The translations under genes and the position numbers were made by a program. Under the pieces are notes generated by a model, which saw only the letters and a list, made by a program, of their open reading frames with translations, was not told the origin of the DNA and ran no database searches. A stretch of DNA of 64,000 nucleotides from the NCBI GenBank assembly GCA_035294245.1, contig DATGLG010000012.1, positions 123,270 through 187,269 of the forward strand, read 5' to 3'. Shown here piece after piece: positions 24,434 to 33,627 of the stretch. Origin of the DNA: Alphaproteobacteria bacterium. GTDB lineage: Bacteria > Pseudomonadota > Alphaproteobacteria > JACZXZ01. Position 1 is the first letter of the stretch. Every line of letters starts with the position of its first letter.

Positions 24434-25648
24434 ATGAATAGAGTGGTTGTGACCGGGCTCGGCGTGTTCTCCTCGCTGGGCAGGAACGCCGAGGGGTTCC
24501 AGGCGGCGCTTAAGAGCGGCCGCAGCGCGATCGCGCCCCTCACGATCATCCGGACCGAGGGACTCCTGGTCAAGATCGGCGCCGAAATCCCCGATTTCGA
24601 TCCTAACGCCCATTTCGACGACGCCAAGATGGCGCTGATGGACCGCTTCACCCAGCTCGCCATGATCGCGACGCGCGAGGCGGTCGCCGATAGCGGCTTG
24701 AGCTTCCGCGACGGCATCGGCATGCGCACCGCCGCCGTCGTCGGCTCCGGCGTGGGCGGCCAGAGCACCCTCGACGACAATTACTACAAGATCTACGCCC
24801 AGGGTCAGAAGCGGCTGCACCCCTTCACGATCCCGAAGCTGATGATCAACGCCCCCGTCAGCCACATCACCATGGAGCACGGCATTACCGGCCCGTCCTT
24901 CACGGTCGCGAGCGCCTGCTCCTCGGCCAATCACGCCATCGGCGTCGCCTATCACATGGTGCGAAGCGGCATGGTCGACGTCGCCGTGACCGGCGGCACC
25001 GAGGCAACGATTACCTATGGCACGATGAAGGGCTGGGAGGCGCTGCGGGTCATGGCGCCGGATACCTGCCGCCCCTTCTGCCGCGACCGCAAGGGCATGG
25101 TTCTCGGCGAGGGCGCGGCGATCATGGTGATCGAGAATCTCGACCACGCCAAGGCGCGCGGCGCCCGGATCCACGCCGAGATCGCCGGCTTCGGCATGAG
25201 CTCGGATGCCGGCGACATCGTGCTGCCCTCGGCGACGGGAGCCGCCCAGGCGATGCGCGCCTGCCTGGAGGACGGCCGCATCGATCCCGAGGCGGTCGGC
25301 TATATCAACGCCCATGGCACGGGGACGACCGCCAACGACGTCACCGAGACCAAGGCCATCCATCTCGCTTTCGGCGCCCACGCGAAGAGGCTGGCCGTCT
25401 CCTCGACGAAGTCGCTCCACGGCCACGCCTTGGGCGGCGCCGGCGCCATTGAGCTTGCCGCGACGATCGTTGCCCTGCGGGACGGCTTCATCCCGCCGAC
25501 GGCGAACTTCACCGAGGCCGACCCCCAATGCGATCTCGATTACGTGCCCAACGAGGCGCGCGCGGCCAAGGTCGACTATGCCATCTCCAACTCCTTTGCC
25601 TTCGGCGGCCATAACGCCGTCGTCGCGGTGCGGCGCTTTTCGGGCTAG
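24434..25648 (+). CDS. Beta-ketoacyl-ACP synthase, NodE-like subgroup of KAS I/II
   Basis: 404 aa. It has the Cys-His-His triad (ASACSSANHAIG, NAHGTGT, SLHGHALGGAG). The motif WEALRVMAPDTCRPFCRDRKGMVLGEGA matches the NodE hallmark (WEALRVLAPDTCRPF) rather than the FabF pattern. Confidence 0.9.
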   Translation: MNRVVVTGLGVFSSLGRNAEGFQAALKSGRSAIAPLTIIRTEGLLVKIGAEIPDFDPNAHFDDAKMALMDRFTQLAMIATREAVADSGLSFRDGIGMRTAAVVGSGVGGQSTLDDNYYKIYAQGQKRLHPFTIPKLMINAPVSHITMEHGITGPSFTVASACSSANHAIGVAYHMVRSGMVDVAVTGGTEATITYGTMKGWEALRVMAPDTCRPFCRDRKGMVLGEGAAIMVIENLDHAKARGARIHAEIAGFGMSSDAGDIVLPSATGAAQAMRACLEDGRIDPEAVGYINAHGTGTTANDVTETKAIHLAFGAHAKRLAVSSTKSLHGHALGGAGAIELAATIVALRDGFIPPTANFTEADPQCDLDYVPNEARAAKVDYAISNSFAFGGHNAVVAVRRFSG

Positions 25649-25679
25649 ACTCCCGACGGGGGAGGTCGCATCCCAGTGA

Positions 25680-28226
25680 TTGGGCTCCCTCCTCGGGCGG
25701 CGGAAGAGAGGTCGTCGGTTGCGGGAAAAGGAGCTCCGTCTCGCGCTGGTGTTCTTCGGCGGCGTCTCGCTTGCCGTCTATATGCACGGAATCAGCAAGG
25801 AGATCCTGAAGCTCGTCCGCGCCTCCGCAGCGCTGCACGGCATCGTCAATCGCACCGCGCGGAGCACGGCGTCGTTCTATGACAAGGTCGACCGCGACGA
25901 CCCGGAATACGACACCGAGGCCGTCTATTTCGACCTCTTGCGCGAGATCGGGCGCAAGATCGACCTGCGGGTGATCGTCGACATCGTGGCCGGAGCGTCG
26001 GCCGGCGGCATCAACGGCGTGATGCTGGCCCGCGCCATCGCCCACGACCTGCCCATGGGGAAGCTGCGGGACCTCTGGCTTCGGGAAGCAGATATCTCCG
26101 GTCTCCTCGCCCCGGATCGTCGGGCGAAGGCGTGGAGCAAGTGGTTTCTCCAGCCCTTTCTCTGGCTGGTCCTCCGCACCCGATTCTTCCGGGAGGTGCG
26201 GGATGCGGAGATGCGCAGCAACCTTTCTCTCTTCGTGCGCTCGCGTTGGTTCAGGCCGCCCCTCGACGGCCTGCGCATGGCTGCCCTCATGCTCGATGCG
26301 GTCCGCAGCATGGGAGAGCCGCGCACGCCGGCGTCGTCGCTGCTGCCGTCCGGCCATCAGCTCGAGCTTCTGGTGACCGTCACCGATTTCTTCGGCTATC
26401 AGCAGCTCATCCAGATCCATGACCCGCCCTTCATCCGCGAGCGCGAGCATCGGCATATCCTGCGCTTCAGCTATCGCCGCTGGCCCGGCGGCGAGATCGA
26501 GACCGATTTCGACCTCGCCGATTCGCCGGCACTCGCCTTCGCCGCACGCGCGACCTCGGCCTTCCCGGGCGCCTTTCCGCCGGCGCAGCTCTCCGAGATC
26601 GACCGCCTCCTCGCCGCGAGAGGAGTCGCGTGGCCCAACCGGGCGCGCTTCATCGCGCGAAATTTCCAGCGCTATCACCAGACCGGGATGGACCCGGAGG
26701 CGACCTCGTTCATCGACGGCAGCGTGCTCGCCAACAAGCCTTTCAACGAGGCGATCCGCTCGATCGGAACGCGTGCCGCCTATCGCCAGGTCGATCGCCG
26801 CCTCGTCTATGTGGAGCCGGACCCGGCCCGCCCTTCCCCACCGGCGAGCGGGCGCATCCCCGGCTTCTTCTCGACGCTCAAGGGCGCCTTGTCCGATATT
26901 CCCCGCAACGAGCCGATCGCCGACGAGCTCGGCTGGATCGACGACTTCAACGAGCGCGTGCGGCGCCGCAAGGCGATCATCGAGGCGGCGCGTCCGCAAA
27001 TCGCGCATCTCGTCGCCGACGTGATCGGCGAGGGCGGCGACGACAGCTTCACCATCGAGCAGATTCGCGTCTGGCGCGAGGCCGTCAACGTCCGGGTCGC
27101 CCAGGACGCCGGTTTCGCCTATGAAGGCTATGTCCGCCTCAAGCTCTCGACGGCGCGCGCCTTCGTCGCCCAGCTCACGAGCGAGCTCTGCAACGTGGCG
27201 GCGCGGTCGCCCGCCGCGCGAGCCATCGAGCAGATCATCGAGGCGTGGGCGCGCGCGAGCGGCATCATCTATGCGGCCGGCGACGTCCAGGCCTTGCGCC
27301 AGGAGGTCGCGCACGCCGAGTCCTCGCTGCCGCGATGGGTGAAGTTCCTGCTTGCCTTCGATGTGGACTACCGCAAGCGCCGCCTCGGCTTTCTCATTCA
27401 AGGGCAGAATCGCCTTTACGAGATGCTGGATGACGACGAGGCCAATCATCGGGTCGCCGCCGCCGTGGACCGCCTGAAGCGGGATTTCTACGACTGCCTC
27501 GAGAATTTGCGCCGGTGCGAGCAGGCCACATCCTTCAGCGCCGGAACGCGCGAAGCGGCGCGCGCGCTCTTTGCCGATCTATCGGCGATGGAGCATGCCA
27601 GGCACATGACCGCCGCGGCGCAAAGCTTCGCCGCGGCCCATCTGACCGAGATCGAAGCCCTCGTCCGACAGCTCGCCTTCGAGGTCAACCTCAACGCCGC
27701 GACGCATGACGTGGATGTGCTTCTCGCGAAGATGGATCCGGACGCGTGGAGCCGGGCGGCGCGGCGCGAGGTCCTCGTCAACTATCTCGGCTTTCCCTTC
27801 TGGGACGTCTTGACCTTCTCGGTGACGAGTTGGCGCGACGCGGGGGAATTCGACGAGATCCGCGTGGACCGCATCAGCCCGGAAGAGGCGCGGACGCTCC
27901 ACGACAAGGGGCTCGGCGAGCTCAAGGGCATCAGCCTCGATCATTTCGGCGCGCTCTTCTCCCGCGCCTACCGGGAGAACGACTATCTCCTGGGCAGACT
28001 GCAGGCGGCGGACCGGCTGATCGACATCGTCTGCGACGCGGCGGGAATCGATTGCAGCAGTGCCGGCATCGATCTCGCACGCGTCAAGGAGCGCATCTTC
28101 AAGATCATCCTCGACGCCGAGGAGCCTCATCTCGGGCAATGCAAGGCCCTGATTGCGGTCCTCCGGGAGAGGCTCATCTCCGGAGCCGGCGTCCAGGCCG
28201 CCGTCAATGGAGATGCGGCTTCTTAA
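25680..28226 (+). CDS. Large patatin-like phospholipase (patatin N-domain plus long helical C-region, DUF3376-type)
   Basis: 848 aa. It has the oxyanion loop LALVFFGGVSLAVYMHG, the nucleophile elbow AGASAGGING and the catalytic Asp SFIDGSVLANKPF. The track start is a TTG at 25680, and an alternative TTG lies at 25719. Confidence 0.85.
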   Translation: MGSLLGRRKRGRRLREKELRLALVFFGGVSLAVYMHGISKEILKLVRASAALHGIVNRTARSTASFYDKVDRDDPEYDTEAVYFDLLREIGRKIDLRVIVDIVAGASAGGINGVMLARAIAHDLPMGKLRDLWLREADISGLLAPDRRAKAWSKWFLQPFLWLVLRTRFFREVRDAEMRSNLSLFVRSRWFRPPLDGLRMAALMLDAVRSMGEPRTPASSLLPSGHQLELLVTVTDFFGYQQLIQIHDPPFIREREHRHILRFSYRRWPGGEIETDFDLADSPALAFAARATSAFPGAFPPAQLSEIDRLLAARGVAWPNRARFIARNFQRYHQTGMDPEATSFIDGSVLANKPFNEAIRSIGTRAAYRQVDRRLVYVEPDPARPSPPASGRIPGFFSTLKGALSDIPRNEPIADELGWIDDFNERVRRRKAIIEAARPQIAHLVADVIGEGGDDSFTIEQIRVWREAVNVRVAQDAGFAYEGYVRLKLSTARAFVAQLTSELCNVAARSPAARAIEQIIEAWARASGIIYAAGDVQALRQEVAHAESSLPRWVKFLLAFDVDYRKRRLGFLIQGQNRLYEMLDDDEANHRVAAAVDRLKRDFYDCLENLRRCEQATSFSAGTREAARALFADLSAMEHARHMTAAAQSFAAAHLTEIEALVRQLAFEVNLNAATHDVDVLLAKMDPDAWSRAARREVLVNYLGFPFWDVLTFSVTSWRDAGEFDEIRVDRISPEEARTLHDKGLGELKGISLDHFGALFSRAYRENDYLLGRLQAADRLIDIVCDAAGIDCSSAGIDLARVKERIFKIILDAEEPHLGQCKALIAVLRERLISGAGVQAAVNGDAAS

Positions 28227-29178
28227 GGAAGTCGTTGCGGTCCGCCGAGCGGATGCGGACCTCGAAGGTGTCGCCTTCCCGTGCCAGGGTGAGGGGAATA
28301 TCCGTCCCCGCGGGCCCAAGGGACCAAATCCGGCGAAAGAGACTGGCCAGGCCCTCGACAGGCTCGCCGGCCACCTCGACGACGCGGTCGCCGGCCTTGA
28401 CCTGCGCGCGCGAAGCGGGGCCGCCGCGCGCGAGATTGGCGACGACCAAGCCTTCTTGCGATTCCATCGTGTACATACCGAGCCAGGGCCGCGGCGGCAG
28501 ATCGGCGCGGCCATATTTGAGGAGCTTGTCGAGGATCGGCTCGAGGAGATCGATGGGAACGATCATGTTGCCTTGACCATCGGCCTCGCCCTCCCCTTCT
28601 TGAACGAGAAGCGAGCCGATCCCGAGGAGCTTGCCGTCCATGCCGATCAGTGCCGCACCGCCCCAATGGGGATGGGCAGGCGCCGTGAAGATCGCCTCGT
28701 CCAGCAGGTATTCCCAATATCCCGCGAATTCCCGCTTCGCGACGACTTGAGCCTTGACCGCATGCCGGCGGCCGCCATGCCCGGCGAAGATGACGGGGTC
28801 GCCCGGCGACAACCCGCGCGACGAGCCGCGGACGAGCGGCGGCACGTCGAGCTGTCCGAGCGCCTGCACAAGCCCAAAGCCTGTGGGCTGGTCGTAGCCG
28901 ACGACGTGCCCCGGCACGGCGGTGCCGGAATTGGTGGTGAGCCAGATGGCCTCGGCCTCGGTCACGAGATAGCCGATCGTCAGCACCAGTCCACCCGTGC
29001 CGATTACCACACCGTTTCCATCCCGTTCGGTGCCGAGCGTATCCGCGGTGAAGGCGTCCTCCGGCACCTCGGCGCGCAGGCCGACGACGGCGGAAAGGGC
29101 CTTCTTCAAGTCGAACGCAACGTCCTCGGATTTGGGCTGTACCGTCGCGGGGAATTCCCAATCCTGCTTTTTGGGCAT
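28204..29178 (-). CDS. HtrA/DegP-like trypsin-fold plus PDZ protein with apparently lost catalytic triad; no signal peptide
   Basis: Track ORF trimmed to the ATG at 29178 (MPKKQDWEF). It has a trypsin-2-like core and a C-terminal PDZ (LGMYTMESQEGLVVANLARGGPASRAQVKAGDRVVEVAG). The His, Asp and Ser positions read LTIGYLV, DQPTGFGLV and HPHWGGAAL. Confidence 0.8.
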   Translation of the reverse strand: MPKKQDWEFPATVQPKSEDVAFDLKKALSAVVGLRAEVPEDAFTADTLGTERDGNGVVIGTGGLVLTIGYLVTEAEAIWLTTNSGTAVPGHVVGYDQPTGFGLVQALGQLDVPPLVRGSSRGLSPGDPVIFAGHGGRRHAVKAQVVAKREFAGYWEYLLDEAIFTAPAHPHWGGAALIGMDGKLLGIGSLLVQEGEGEADGQGNMIVPIDLLEPILDKLLKYGRADLPPRPWLGMYTMESQEGLVVANLARGGPASRAQVKAGDRVVEVAGEPVEGLASLFRRIWSLGPAGTDIPLTLAREGDTFEVRIRSADRNDFLKKPHLH

Positions 29179-29301
29179 CGTGCGCCAGCTCCTGTCAGCC
29201 GCCCGGAGACTTCTAGCTACGACATAGGAGCAAAACCGGGGAAAATCCACGGCGCGCGATGACGCGGCGCAACATCACCCCGAGCGCCGCGGCGGCGAGA
29301 C

Positions 29302-30702
29302 TCAGGCCGTGGTCGAGCGCAGCCGCTCGGTCTCGGGCGAGATGCTGCCAATCCCGAGCGTGAAGGAGGCCATTGCGGCAATGAAGACGGGGATCGCGCC
29401 CGCCATGAAAAGGGTCGGGGTCGGCCAGTGGAAGGACAGCATCATGCCGCCCAGCACCGGCCCGATGATCGAGCCGACTCGCCCGATGCCGAGGGCCCAT
29501 CCCACCCCCGTCGCGCGGATATAGGTGGGATAGCACTGGGCGGTGAAGGCATTGGCGGCGATCTGCGCGCCGACCACGCAGAATCCGGCGCCGAAGACCG
29601 CGACCATGATCATCGCGATGGCGGAGCCGGCGGCGCCGATGGCCGCAACGAACAGCCCGGCACCGAAATACGTCAGCGCCAGCACTCTGGTCGCGCGGAA
29701 GCGGTCCATGACCCAGCCCAAGGTCAAGGTCCCGGCGATCCCACCGACCTGCAGCATCGCGGTGGCGATCACCGCAAGCTCCAAGGAGGCGCCGCTCCCG
29801 TGAATCACCGTCGGCAGCCAATTGGCGAGGAAATAGAGATCGAGGAGATTCATGAAGAACATGACCCAGAGCAACAGGGTCACGGCGGTCCGTCCCTCGC
29901 GGAAGAGATGGCGGACGGGCATGCCACCGGCAGCCTCCTCGACGACCGCAAAGCGCTGCCCCTCGGCGAAGACGAGTGTCGCGTTGATCCGCCGCAGCAG
30001 TGCCGCGATGCGCGTCGACTCGCTCCCCTTCAGCACGAGCAGGCGAATCGATTCGGGCAACGCCGCGATGAGAACGGGTGCGAAGGCGAGCGGCAGGATG
30101 CCGCCCGCATAGAAGACTGCCTGCCAGCCGAATTGCGGGATCAGCCGCGCGGCCAGCAGGCCGCCCAAGGCCGAGCCGAGGGAGAAGCCGCAGAACATCA
30201 CCATGATCATCGTCGCCCGGCTGCGCCTCGGGCCGTATTCGGAGGTGAGCGCGATGGCATTCGGCATCGCGCCCCCGAGCCCGAGCCCGGTCACGAAGCG
30301 GATCGCGAGCAGCGAGGAGAGGGAGTCGCAGAATGGCGTCACCAGCGAGCAGAGCCCGAAAAAGCCGAGGCAGAAGACGATCACCGCCTTGCGGCCGATC
30401 CGGTCGGCGAGCGGGCCGAACAGCAGCGCGCCGATCATCAGGCCGAACAGCCCCGCTGCGAAGACGGGCGCAAGCGATGGCGGCGGAATGCGCCACGCCT
30501 TAATGATGGCCGGGGCGACGTAGCCGATCGCCTGGGTATCGAAGCCGTCAAAGAAAATGACCGCGGCGCACAGCGCCGCGACCCTGATCTGAAAACCGCT
30601 CAGGCGCTGGCGGTCGATCAGCTCCGGCACATTGACGACGTCCGAGATGCTCACGGCGTCCTCCCCGAAGGCTTGCCGCCCGCCGGCTCGCCGCCGCGAC
30701 AT
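29302..30702 (-). CDS. MFS transporter, aromatic acid:H+ symporter (PcaK-like) type
   Basis: 466 aa with 12 predicted TM helices and MFS motifs (GPLADRIGRK, FDGFDTQAIGYVAP). The start is uncertain. Confidence 0.8.
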   Translation of the reverse strand: MSRRRAGGRQAFGEDAVSISDVVNVPELIDRQRLSGFQIRVAALCAAVIFFDGFDTQAIGYVAPAIIKAWRIPPPSLAPVFAAGLFGLMIGALLFGPLADRIGRKAVIVFCLGFFGLCSLVTPFCDSLSSLLAIRFVTGLGLGGAMPNAIALTSEYGPRRSRATMIMVMFCGFSLGSALGGLLAARLIPQFGWQAVFYAGGILPLAFAPVLIAALPESIRLLVLKGSESTRIAALLRRINATLVFAEGQRFAVVEEAAGGMPVRHLFREGRTAVTLLLWVMFFMNLLDLYFLANWLPTVIHGSGASLELAVIATAMLQVGGIAGTLTLGWVMDRFRATRVLALTYFGAGLFVAAIGAAGSAIAMIMVAVFGAGFCVVGAQIAANAFTAQCYPTYIRATGVGWALGIGRVGSIIGPVLGGMMLSFHWPTPTLFMAGAIPVFIAAMASFTLGIGSISPETERLRSTTA

Positions 30703-30907
30703 CCGGCTGGCTCACTGATTGCGCAAAGCCCCGATTATCGTTATGGCTCGCTGCACTCTAGGCAGTTCATCAGACGTCTGTCAATTATCGCGGCACTCGA
30801 GATGATCGCCCGACGACCCCAAGGCGAGCCGGGTCTGGTCAGGCTGGAGCAGATGTGGTGCATTACGCCCGCCGCGGATTTGATCGCGACGGCAGGGAGG
30901 AGAGAAA

Positions 30908-31918
30908 ATGGATTACCGATTGCTGGGCAAGAGCGGCCTCCGGGTCTCATCCCTCTGTCTCGGCACGATGATGTTCGGCGGCCCCACCGACGCCCCGACG
31001 AGCGAGCGCATCATCGCCAAGGCGCGCGATGCCGGAATCAATTTCCTCGATACCGCCGACCAATACGCGAGCGGCCGATCCGAGGAGATCGTCGGCCGCG
31101 CGATCAAGGGGAGCCGCGACCGCTGGATCGTCGCGACCAAGCTGGGCAATGCCATGGGCGACGACCCCAACGACCGCGGCCTCTCCCGCCGCTGGATGAA
31201 TACGGCCGTCGAGCAGAGCCTGCGCCGGCTCGGCGTCGACTGCCTCGACATCTATTACTTCCACCGCGAGGATCCCGATACGCCCCTCGAGACCTCCGTC
31301 GCCGCCATGGGCGATCTCATGCGCGCGGGCAAGGTCCGCTATTTCGGCCTCTCGAATTTCCGCGCCTGGCGCATTGCGGAGATTTGTCGGCTCTGCGACG
31401 CGATGGGCATCGACCGCCCGGTGGTGAGCCAGCCCTATTACAACGCGATGAATCGCATGCCGGAGGTGGAGCAGCTTCCCGTCTGCCGCCATTACGGCCT
31501 CGGCGTGGTGCCCTATAGCCCTCTCGCGCGGGGTGTACTCACCGGGAAGTACAGGCCCGACGAGGCGCCCTCCTCAGAGACGCGGGCCGGCCGCAACGAC
31601 AAGCGCATGATGGAAACGGAATGGCGGCGCGAATCCCTCGAGATCGCCCAGACGATCAAGGCCCATGCCGAGGCGCGCGGCATCACTGCGGGGCAATTTG
31701 CCGTCAATTGGGTCCTGAACAACGCGCTGGTCACCGCGGTCATCGCCGGGCCGCGCACGGAGGCGCAGCTCGACGACTACCTGGGAGCGCTCGCCTACCG
31801 CTTCACGGCCGAGGACGAGGCCCTGATCGATCGGCTCGTGGTCACGGGCCATGCCTCGACACCCGGCTACAACGACCCGAGCTATCCCATCGAAGGACGC
31901 ATCCCGCGGACGGCGTAG
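30908..31918 (+). CDS. Aldo/keto reductase
   Basis: 336 aa: MDYRLLGKSGLRVSSLCLGTMMFGG, INFLDTADQY, DIYYFHRED, GLSNF. Confidence 0.9.
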   Translation: MDYRLLGKSGLRVSSLCLGTMMFGGPTDAPTSERIIAKARDAGINFLDTADQYASGRSEEIVGRAIKGSRDRWIVATKLGNAMGDDPNDRGLSRRWMNTAVEQSLRRLGVDCLDIYYFHREDPDTPLETSVAAMGDLMRAGKVRYFGLSNFRAWRIAEICRLCDAMGIDRPVVSQPYYNAMNRMPEVEQLPVCRHYGLGVVPYSPLARGVLTGKYRPDEAPSSETRAGRNDKRMMETEWRRESLEIAQTIKAHAEARGITAGQFAVNWVLNNALVTAVIAGPRTEAQLDDYLGALAYRFTAEDEALIDRLVVTGHASTPGYNDPSYPIEGRIPRTA

Positions 31919-31933
31919 AACGCCAAGGCGAGA

Positions 31934-32986
31934 TCAGGCCGTCAGCACGGTGCGCCCCACGACCTTGCCGGCGCGTAGCTCCTCGAGCGCGGCGTTGGCG
32001 TGCTCCAGCGGACGCTCATGGATCGGGATCGGCGGAATGCGCTGCCGCCTCACGAGATCGAGCAGCTCCCTGAGCTCACTCAGGCTGCCGACATAGGAGC
32101 CTTGCAGGGTAAGTGCCCGCTGCGGCAGAAGAGGAAGCGGCAGGGTGATGTCGCCGCCGAAGAGGCCCACGAGGATATATTTTCCGCCCTTGGTCAGGCA
32201 GTCAATGCCGAGCCGCGCCGTCGCTTGCGAGCCCACGAGATCGATCACCGCCCAAACCTGCCCGCCGGCCGCCGCCTTGATCTGCTTGACGGCGTCGGGC
32301 GCAGCGCCGTCGATGGCGGCGGCAGCACCGGCCCGCAAGGCCGCGTCCCGCTTCGCCGGGTCGATGTCGACGGCGATGGCGCGATGGCCTCCCATGGCCT
32401 TGTGGAGGCCGAGACACATGAGCCCGAGCCCGCCCGCGCCGATGATCACCGTGGCCTCGCGCGCGAGCACGGGCCCGACCTTGCGCAAGGCGCTGTAGGT
32501 GGTGAGCCCCGAGCAGGCATAGGGTGCCGCGGCACTCGCCGGCATGTCCGCGACGTCGAGGAGATAGCGCGGATGGGGCACGACGATATGGTCGGCATAA
32601 CCCCCGGCGCGCTGGATGCCGAGGAAGCGCGGCGCGAGGCAATACTGCTCGACGCCGTCCGCGCAGACCCCGCAGTCGCCGCAGCCGATCCAGGGATAGA
32701 CGAGATAGCGCCCGCCGACCGTGACCCCCGAGGCCTCGGGGCCGAGGGCCAGCACCTCGCCGACGGTCTCGTGGCCGAGCGTGTGGGGCAGCTTCATGCC
32801 CCGCTCGGCCATCATGAGCTTCTTGCCGCCGCCCAGGTCGAAATAGCCTTCCCAGATATGGACGTCGCTGTGGCAGACCCCGGCGGCCCTCACCCGCAGC
32901 AGCACCTCCGCCCCGCTCGGCGCCGGGGTCGGGCGGTCGAAAAGCTGCAAGGGCGAGCCGAAGGCGGCGATGTCGTAGCTCCTCAT
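31934..32986 (-). CDS. Zinc-dependent alcohol dehydrogenase (MDR family)
   Basis: Trimmed to the ATG at 32986, which is preceded by GGAGGA. It has GVCHSDVHIWEG, GHETVGEV, the structural-Zn Cys cluster GCGDCGVCADG and the Rossmann motif IIGAGGLG. Confidence 0.9.
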   Translation of the reverse strand: MRSYDIAAFGSPLQLFDRPTPAPSGAEVLLRVRAAGVCHSDVHIWEGYFDLGGGKKLMMAERGMKLPHTLGHETVGEVLALGPEASGVTVGGRYLVYPWIGCGDCGVCADGVEQYCLAPRFLGIQRAGGYADHIVVPHPRYLLDVADMPASAAAPYACSGLTTYSALRKVGPVLAREATVIIGAGGLGLMCLGLHKAMGGHRAIAVDIDPAKRDAALRAGAAAAIDGAAPDAVKQIKAAAGGQVWAVIDLVGSQATARLGIDCLTKGGKYILVGLFGGDITLPLPLLPQRALTLQGSYVGSLSELRELLDLVRRQRIPPIPIHERPLEHANAALEELRAGKVVGRTVLTA

Positions 32987-33121
32987 GAATCCTCCCTTTC
33001 CTCCGCGCCGCGGAAACAGAATCCATGAAAGAGCTATGGACCCGCCCTTGTCCATAAGCTTTGTCGAGCGACCGCCATGTTCGGGCGGCCGCCCGATCGG
33101 TCCTGCCCGCGCGCGCCGCCC

Positions 33122-33559
33122 TTAGATGTCGGTGCGCTCCTCGGCAATCTCGCGCCGCTCCGCCATGTTGAAGCGATCCTCGTAGATCGGCCGCCCTGCG
33201 GTCGTGGGCCCCGGATATTGGACCGCCACCATCAGGCACCCCGTCTCGGTCACAAGCTCGTCCTCGTAATGGGGATCGGGATAGAACAGCATGGTCCCCG
33301 GCCCGTAATGCTTGCCGGCCATGCGGAACCCGCCCTCGATGATGTACCAGACCTGGGCGAAATCGTGCCGATGCAGCGGATGATGGGCGCCAGGCTCGAA
33401 GCGCAACAGCCCGGCATTGGGCTCTGTCGGCCGCTCCGGGCGCGGATGGAACAGCATCTTGCCCATCTCGCCGGGCCAGCGGATTTTCTCCCACTCCATC
33501 TCGTCGATATGCCGGGCGATCGCGGGCTCGTGCTTTGGCTTGCCGACACGCTTACTCAT
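33122..33559 (-). CDS. Cupin-domain protein
   Basis: Trimmed to the ATG at 33559, which is preceded by CAGGAGGA. It has a cupin metal motif (GAHHPLHRHDFAQVWYIIEG...MLFYP). Confidence 0.7.
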   Translation of the reverse strand: MSKRVGKPKHEPAIARHIDEMEWEKIRWPGEMGKMLFHPRPERPTEPNAGLLRFEPGAHHPLHRHDFAQVWYIIEGGFRMAGKHYGPGTMLFYPDPHYEDELVTETGCLMVAVQYPGPTTAGRPIYEDRFNMAERREIAEERTDI

Positions 33560-33627
33560 CTCGTCCTCCTGTTCATGCTCACAGCGTCCCTTGTGACATG
33601 AGATCAGAAGATTTGCTTTAAAGTCAA

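Noticed and set aside
25509-27449. 646-aa minus-strand ORF antisense to the patatin gene. Similar long shadow ORFs lie at 29428..31518, 34136..35986, 55446..57062, 46230..47657 and 14180..15649
   Set aside because: All are antisense or out of frame relative to genes with clear family motifs. None shows a motif of its own.
25680-29178. Patatin plus protease-like pair as a phage-defence (CBASS-like) module
   Set aside because: There is no cyclase/nucleotidyltransferase, sensor or other defence gene. The patatin is the large housekeeping-type family with a DUF3376-like tail. The genes are convergent, not an operon. The flanks are core metabolic genes.
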